The notes below the pieces were generated by a model. That model worked only from the letters and a program-made list of their open reading frames with translations. It ran no database searches and was not told the DNA's origin. This document shows positions 32,590 through 39,574 of a stretch of 39,574 bases of DNA, one piece after another. Source of the DNA: Octopus bimaculoides (taxonomy: Eukaryota). Made by a program: the position numbers and the translations under genes. Every line of letters begins with the position of its first letter. The stretch's first letter is position 1. The DNA lies in contig NC_068985.1 of the NCBI RefSeq assembly GCF_001194135.2, positions 16,576,672 to 16,616,245 on the forward strand. Reading direction: 5' to 3'.

Positions 32590-33575
32590 TTTAATAAATC
32601 ATAATTTTTGCTTTTCATACATGTACAATGTCAATAAATTGAGCTATTGTGTTCAAGTCAGACATCATCAGTTAGTAGTAACTTGAAATATTATTTGTTC
32701 GCTTAAAGTATTATTTATATTTAACTCGAGGACAGAATTCCTCAAGGTTGTGAGGATTTAAAAAGTAAGTAGACAAATCATCATATACGTATAAAAACGC
32801 CTTTATTAACTTTATTTCGTTTATATATTCATGCTCTGTTTAAGGCTTTATTACTTTTATGTGCAGGAAATATTGTTATAATGGAGTTCATGATACTCAG
32901 TGAGTTAGATTTAAATTTACCTTTTTACTAGTGGTTTCAATGAAACATATTTTTTTTCCTGTAATCTATTTTCCAAACTACAATTGTGACTTTCTTTCAG
33001 TGACATTTTTTTCTTTTCACTCTAGCTATGACCTTTATATCTTTGATTATATTCTCTTTGGACATTAAACCCTGTATTCCTTTCTTCCTGCTACCTCCTA
33101 TGAAAATAATGAAATTACAGCTAATATTGATATAGCAAGACATTTTAGGTTAGGTCAATAAAAACAGGAAATGTAATAANNNNNNNNNNNNNNNNNNNNN
33201 NNNNNNNNNNNNNNNNNNNNNNNNNNNNNNNNNNNNNNNNNNNNNNNNNNNNNNNNNNNNNNNNNNNNNNNNNNNNNNNNNNNNNNNNNNNNNNNNNNNN
33301 NNNNNNNNNNNNNNNATCCAAGTTGACTAAAGGTGGGGCTTTTATATCAACATGTTGCTAACCTTTCAATTGCTTTGTCTGAAACATCAATCAAAATCCC
33401 AGTTGTCTCACAGCACAGGTGCTGACAAGGCTGTATGATTAGAAAGGTCACTTTGCATCTACATGTTGTTCTGTTCTATTTGGCTGTGGGTCAACTTGAA
33501 TAAGAGAGTCTTCAACCAAATTTTTGTGAGTGAAATTTGTTCTTTTCTACTCTAGGCACAAGGCCCTAAATTTTG

Positions 33576-34316
33576 GGGATAAACTGGAAAATGGTCATTA
33601 GTAATGTGGAAGTGCTTGAGAGGAGTGGCTGTTGAAGTATAGAGTCAATGATTTTGCAAAGACGTTTGAGGTGGTGGGGGACATTTAGTAAGAATGAGTG
33701 ATGAGTGACTGCCTAAGCAACTACTGTATGGTGAGCTGGAAGATGGCAGGAGAACAGCACATAAGCCTAAACTAGGGTTTAAGGATTGCCTTAAAATGCT
33801 CTTAATACAGACAGGAATTGCAGCTGGTAAGTGGGAGAGGGAGACACAAGACCATATTGGTTGGTCAAAGTTTGAGAGGGAGAGAGTGAGGTATGAGAGA
33901 ATTAGGAGGGGGCTTACAAGGAGGAAACCTGTGAAGAGTGAGAGAATGTTGCTTTTTATGTGTGTGGTTTGTGGGTGGAGTTGTATGAGTTGTGCAGGCC
34001 TTGTGAGCCGTCAAAATTCTCATAGAAATCAACCCATGATAAACAATGTGGCTATTAAAATTCGTAAGAGAACATGCGTAAAATGTGGAAGGGTGTGCCA
34101 CTCAATTGGAGGTCTAAAAAGACATGTTACGAGAGTGCATATGGTGGCACCTGTTTCTCCTGCCAGCCAGCATAGTTGTCTGGTATGTAATAAAAGTTGT
34201 AAATGCGTGGCCGGGCTTAAAAGTCATATAAGGGCATCACATGGCAACAATCAGGAATCATTTCAGTAAGTCTTCTTGGCAATGGCTTTTCTTGTGTAAT
34301 GAGAATGCAGCTGTCA

Positions 34317-34318
<2 letters not shown>
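33576..34318 (+). mobile_element. Second RTE-clade LINE remnant ending in three tandem C2H2 zinc fingers
   Basis: QRRLRWWGHLVRMSDE*LPKQLLYGEL..KPKLGFKDCLK with one +1 frameshift in a G run and two TGA stops, then three fingers. Stop at 34267-34269, followed by (TA)n. Confidence 0.85.
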
Positions 34319-34349
<31 letters not shown>

Positions 34350-34769
34350 NNNNNNNNNNNNNNNNNNNNNNNNNNNNNNNNNNNNNNNNNNNNNNNNNNN
34401 NNNNNNNNNNNNNNNNNNNNNNNNNNNNNNNNNNNNNNNNNNNNNNNNNNNNNNNNNNNNNNNNNNNNNNNNNNNNNNNNNNNNNNNNNNNNNNNNNNNN
34501 NNNNNNNNNNNNNNNNNNNNNNNNNNNNNNNNNNNNNNNNNNNNNNNNNNNNNNNNNNNNNNNNNNNNNNNNNNNNNNNNNNNNNNNNNNNNNNNNNNNN
34601 NNNNNNNNNNNNNNNNNNNNNNNNNNNNNNNNNNNNNNNNNNNNNNNNNNNNNNNNNNNNNNNNNNNNNNNNNNNNNNNNNNNNNNNNNNNNNNNNNNNN
34701 NNNNNNNNNNNNNNNNNNNNNNNNNNNTATATATACGTATATATATGTATATATATATATACGTATATA

Positions 34770-35622
34770 TCATCATCATCATCATCATCGTTTAACGTCC
34801 GCTTTCCATGCTAGCATGGGTTGGACGATTTGACTGAGGACTGGTGAAACCAGATGGCTACACCAGGCTCCAATCTGATTTGGCAGAATTTCTACAGCTG
34901 GATGACCTTCCTAATGCCAACCACTCCAAGAGTGTAGTGGGTGCTTTTGCGTGCCACCGGCATGAAAGCCACTCAGGAGGTACTGGCAACTGCTACACTC
35001 AAAATGGTGTATTTTACATGCCACCTGCACAGGAGCCAGTCCAGCGGTACTGGCAACGAACTCGCTCCAATGACTTTTTACATGCCAGGAAGGCGACGTT
35101 GGTAACGATCACGTTCAAAGAGTGCTATTTACGTGCCCCTGGCATGGAAGCCAGACAGCTGGTGCTCTGGCAACAATCACGCTTGGGCGGTGCTCTTAGT
35201 GATCTACTGGTACAGGTGTCATCACGATTTCGCTTTCGCTTACCCCAACAGGTCGTCTCAAGCTTAGTTTAGTGTTCAATGAAGAGATGTTGGCATGGGT
35301 GCCAGACTACAAATTTAGTTCGATTTCGATTTCACTTGCCTCAATAGGTCTTCGCAAGCGGAGTTTAGTGTCCAAAGAAGGAATGTTACGTGTAAGTGGG
35401 CTGGCTACATCCCAGGCAGAGACCTTGGATTTTGGTCTCACTTGGCTTGCCGGGTCTTTTCACGCACAGCATATTTCCAAGAGTGTAGTGGGTGCTTTTA
35501 CGTGCCACTGGCACGAGGGCCAATCAGGTGATACTGGCAATGGCCACACTCAAATGGAGTTTATTACGAGCCACCTGCACAGGAGCCAGTCCAGCGGCAC
35601 TGGTAACGTCCTCGCTCAATGG
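34770..35622 (-). mobile_element. Composite RTE 3' end (3' UTR to ORF end, joined to a second 3' UTR segment)
   Basis: (cat)n tail and tandem units. The ORF end KYAVREKTRQAK* lies near 35440-35480, then the sequence jumps back to agtgtagtgggtgc. Confidence 0.8.
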
Positions 35623-35745
35623 AATAAATACTAGGCTTAAAAAAAATAAGTAGTGGAGTCGATTCATTTGACTGAAAAACATTGTTCAAGGCAGTGCCCC
35701 AGCATGGCCACAGTATAATGACTGAAACAAGTAAAAGATAAAAGA
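35623..35745 (+). mobile_element. SINE family A 3' end
   Basis: gccccagcatggccacagtataatgactgaaacaagtaaaagataaaaga. Confidence 0.65.
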
Positions 35746-36256
35746 TATAATTTCCAATAGGATGTACTTCGACAATCTAAGGTCAGTAAATGGTAACTAG
35801 AAAATTAAAAGTTTAAAAATCATCAAATGACTGATATTAGGCGTTGTTAATTTCACAAGCATGATCAGATCAACTGGAGGCCTCATTGTTGTAACCGATG
35901 GAATGCCAGTTTTAAGTCTTGTATCTGATTGGTAATCTTTTGATAATTTTGTCATAAAATTAAAATTAAAGATAAAATATTTTTGTCTTAATATAATTCA
36001 GTTTGATAGAACCATTAAATCGTTGGGTCAAATGCTCTGCAGTATTTGTCCTGGCTCTTTGCATTTTGAGTTCATATCTTGCCATATCTTGCCCCATGGA
36101 ATAAATTACCAGGATTGTACCAAAAATAATAGAAATGTGGGTATAACTTTTTTTTTATAAACTGTTTTAGGTCATTCATGATGAACATGTTGGTAGAATA
36201 ATTTTTCCTCTTTAGCAATTTTTCTTCTTGTTCTTCTTCATTGTAGGCAAAAACTG

Positions 36257-36421
36257 GATTTCAAGGAAAAGCATCATGCTGTTATTGAGTTCTTGACGAA
36301 GAAGGGGTGCAGGCAGTCAAACACCCATTGAAAGTTGCAAGTTGTTCATGGAGATGATGAGAGCAATATGCATAGACGGATGAAGTTTAAAGAACGGAAA
36401 ACTAGCAATGAAGACAAACCA
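36257..36421 (+). mobile_element. Mariner transposase N-terminal remnant
   Basis: DFKEKHHAVIEFLTKKGCRQSNTH*KLQVVHGDD...KFKERKTSNEDKP fits the R.VIEFL..EG....IH..L..VYG...FK.G.TS.ED.P helix-turn-helix pattern. Confidence 0.65.
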
Positions 36422-37339
36422 CAACCTATATCAGTCAATAAAAAAAATCATGCTTGTTTTGCATTACATTCGGTACAACTATCGTACTTCCAGTAAACTT
36501 TTTTAATGCATCTACATAAAACAATATTAACTTAACAACCATATTTGATAGCATATAAGACACACTTTTTCCAAAATAAAATGTCTCAAAAATACCCCGG
36601 GTCCTATATGCAAAGTTAAGTCTCTCATAAACTAATTTTGTTCCTGGCGCTCTTTTTCCTGAATATGTCCTGCTGAAATTTGGTGGCGTCTAATATTCCT
36701 TTGCACGTTATACACGGACAGATACGGTGCTCACATTTTTTGGTTGTCAACTTTTAGAGTTGTTTCCCTTAATTGTAAGCTGACAAAAACAAATTCAAGA
36801 AAACGTATTAGTCTATTTAATATCCCAACTTATGCCGATATTACAAAGGTGCATCCTGCATACTAAATATAAATGCGGTGGGATTTTACGAATGTAATAT
36901 AGTAAGTTGAAAAGCTTCGAACAATTATAATTTTTCATGCAGTTAGTGGGCAAAAACTCTGTCCAAAGGTGCTGAAACTTTATAACATAATGCAAACTAG
37001 AGTGGATCAGATTTTTAAAGTTAAATACTGAGAGTAACGATTATTCTCAACGAAATAAATTTTATTCTGTTAGCAATTAGAAATAAAAATAGAGCTATTG
37101 AATGGCATACGCGAAAATTCTCTGAAATCTCCCTCAAAATTTGAACCGGTAAATAATTGTTAGCAACTATCAGTCAAAGGGAGATAATTTTGTGGAATTT
37201 GAAATTAGCGAAAGCGAAGTTGTTTCCCTTATATTCGAAAGTCGCTGACATTTATACAACCAACCACTTTCGATTGAGTGACTTGGCAACATAGACGCCT
37301 TCTCATCCCCGTTACCTTTGATTCAGCAGTATATCCAGG

Positions 37340-37505
37340 ATGTGACAAATGGTAGGAGAGAGATCTGCACCAGCAACGAACTTGTACCTATTTACAGTTG
37401 ACTGGAGCAACATAAAAGGGAATACCTTGTTCTCGAACTCAACGCACCCACCAATCAAGGAGTCGAACCTGCGACTTCATGATCGTAAACCGAATACCTT
37501 AACTA
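37340..37505 (-). mobile_element. tRNA-derived SINE, family C-like
   Basis: Reverse complement reads gttaaggtattcggtttacgatcatgaagtcgcaggttcgactcc (A/B boxes), then the core tgctccagtcaactg. Confidence 0.6.
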
Positions 37506-37876
37506 TGTCACATGTCTTCACCAGTAACCAGGATGTGGAATGACAGATGTCATATTTCTAGAGGGACAACTACAAGAAAAGTTATTATGTAATAACAAAG
37601 TGACACAATTTTCATTCATTAACTGAAGGCCATTTTGACATGGTCCTCTCTCTGCAGCGTGGGGAACGTACCTTTAGTTTAGGGCTGGTGACAAATTCAG
37701 AGAAGTATTGAGATTACAAGCGAGTGTTTACAGAAGCTCTGTTCTCATCTCATATATTATTAATAGTTCAGCACTGCTTGTTCTTTTAAACTTTTGTGGA
37801 CTGATGACTTGATTCTCATTGCAAAATATACTGATGAATGGTAGAAAATGTTTTATACTTAATGGAATGGTCTCAA

Positions 37877-38116
37877 AGGCAGCGAGCTGGCAGAAACGTT
37901 AGCACGCCGGGTGAAATGCTTTGCTGTATTTCGTCTGCCGCTACATTCTGAGTTCAAATTCCGCTGAGGTCAACTTTGCCTTTCATCCAATTGGGGTCGA
38001 TAAATTAAGTACCAGTTATGCTTACGCACTGGGGTCGATGTAATCGACTTAATCCCTTTGTCTGTCCTTGTTTGTCCCCTCTATGTTTAGCCCCTTGTGG
38101 GCAACAAAGAAATAAG
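37877..38116 (+). mobile_element. Full-length tRNA-derived SINE, family B
   Basis: ggcagcgagctggcagaaacgttagc head, gagttcaaattcc B-box-like segment, tail gccccttgtgggcaacaaagaaataag. Confidence 0.8.
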
Positions 38117-38910
38117 AATGGTCTCAAATACAAGTCCTATAAGGCAATAATAGAAAAAAAAAATCTAACTCAGTAGTCCTCAACTAGGGTCTGTGTGACC
38201 TCTGGGGGCCCATATAAGTTTTTTGGGGGTCTGCACAAGCAAAATAGTAAACTGAGAATTCACAGTTGTATTTTAAGGATTCGTGAAAAATACTACTGTT
38301 GATGATGATGACAACGATAATGATAGTGATGAACTTTATGATGAAAATATTTTACTTCAGTAAATTATAATAATCAATTTTTGGCCATTTCATCATAACA
38401 GAGATGTCAGATTCTGTAAAATACATCTGAAAAAAACTAATTATAATTTAACATCATGTAAAATTACAATGTAAATATTGAATATTCTTTAAACATAAGC
38501 AACAAGATTACATTTCAGCAAAACAGTAGCAAATAAGTAATTAGAAGAAATATTTACATATATTTATGAAAAAGAAGTAGATTTTCAATAAAATTTATGT
38601 GATCTTTGATTTTATTTATAAAAGATTACATTGTCTAGATAAATATGTTGTTGTTTTTAATTGTTTTAGTATATATAAGTACAGACATGTCTGTGGGGTT
38701 ACAAAATTTATATTATTTTCAAGTGGTTTCACTTCCAATTCCACCACTTAGAATTTCGGGGTAAATGTTTTCTAGCACATATTGTTTTGTTTCATTTTAA
38801 CACCCATATTTCCATGTTTGCATGGATCAGACAAAATTCAAAAAATAAAACAGGAAAACATACATAGATGCATGAAAGCAAGCATGCATACATACATACA
38901 TGCATGCATG

Positions 38911-39303
38911 AAGGAGTATTGGTGCAATGTTCCATTGAAAACTTCAATAAAATGTAAACACAGTTGACCTGACATAGTGATTTGGGACAGAGAAAAGAAA
39001 CTGTGTACAGTTATGGAAATCAGCTGCCCAGCAGATATTAACATAAAGCTAAAGATCAGTGAAAAAGAATATACCTACATTGAACTACTGAAAAATCTAC
39101 AGTTACTCTACTCAGATTACAAGTTCAGGTTTATACTTGTAATTATTGGGACACTGAGATATGTAACACACTGCCGAAGTACCAATCTTGAGAAATTAGG
39201 CTTCTCAAAACCAGAAAGGAAAAAGTTGATTTGAAGACTACAGATCCAATCCATCACTGGAACTGCAAAAATTTGTAAAACTTTCCAGAAGTTTATCATT
39301 TAA
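38911..39303 (+). mobile_element. Restriction-like endonuclease C-terminus of an RLE non-LTR element (R4/Dong-like), decayed
   Basis: KCKHS*PDIVIWDREKKLCTVMEISCPADINIKLKISEKEYTYIEL..LY..YKF...IIGTL, a (R)PD..E/D..K..Y RLE motif. One frame with two TGA stops. Confidence 0.8.
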
Positions 39304-39346
39304 GTATATATGTGCATGTCTAGACAAGCAATTATATGCATGAAAT

Positions 39347-39574
39347 ATCATCATCATCATCATCATCGTTTAACGTCCGCTTTCCATGCTAGCATGGGTT
39401 GGACGATTTGACTGAGGACTGGTGAAACCGGATGGCAACACCAGGCTCCAGTCTGATTTGGCAGAGTTTCTACAGCTGGATGTCCTTCCTAACGCCAACC
39501 ACTCAGAGAGTGTAGTGGGTGCTTTTACGTGTCACCCGCACGAAAACGGCCACGCTCGAAATGGTGTCTTTTAT
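39347..39574 (-). mobile_element. Young RTE LINE 3' end (continues past the window edge)
   Basis: (cat)n tail; nearly identical to 16540-16799. Confidence 0.85.

Noticed and set aside
19938-34814. Long poly-X ORFs at 19938-20433, 23723-24206, 26984-27499 and 34241-34814
   Set aside because: Artefacts of translating through N gaps.
11050-35634. Recurrent ORFs containing TRLQSDLA.FLQLDALPNANHSESVVGAF (11050, 16607, 20508, 23723, 24959, 34844) that look like a protein family
   Set aside because: They are antisense translations of the non-coding RTE 3' UTR. The similarity reflects repeat copies, not genes.
36560-37240. Possible pogo-like TIR remnant (cacgttatacacggacagatacggt) and recurring gttgtttccctt / agggagataa motifs
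   Set aside because: No matching opposite terminus or transposase was found, and the motifs are too short to classify.

Overview
AT-rich, repeat-dense eukaryotic DNA with five assembly gaps. The repeat families, (TA)n/(CAT)n tracts and long introns resemble an Octopus-type cephalopod genome (inference, no search run). The + strand carries the last eight coding exons of a SEC31 COPII outer-coat gene (971-17233). I assembled these by hand; all introns are GT-AG with consistent phases, and most exons are missing from the ORF track. One 48-nt phase 0-0 exon adds a second WNDPP motif, the core of the Sec23/Sar1 GAP-stimulating segment. An intronless ATOX1 copper chaperone ORF (28606-28818) sits in a CpG-retaining block. 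The rest is mobile DNA: about ten RTE LINE 3' ends, an RTE reverse transcriptase (RT) remnant with a PHD finger inserted in the RT, and a second RTE remnant ending in three C2H2 fingers. There is also a CR1/L2-type remnant, an R4/Dong-like endonuclease remnant, two mariner remnants, a MITE, a Helentron-like tandem element and several tRNA-derived SINE families. A 1.46-kb ORF1-only (HAL1-like) retroelement sits inside a SINE head, flanked by a 13-bp target duplication. No prokaryotic-type systems such as CRISPR arrays or operons were seen. All alignments and counts were made by eye.
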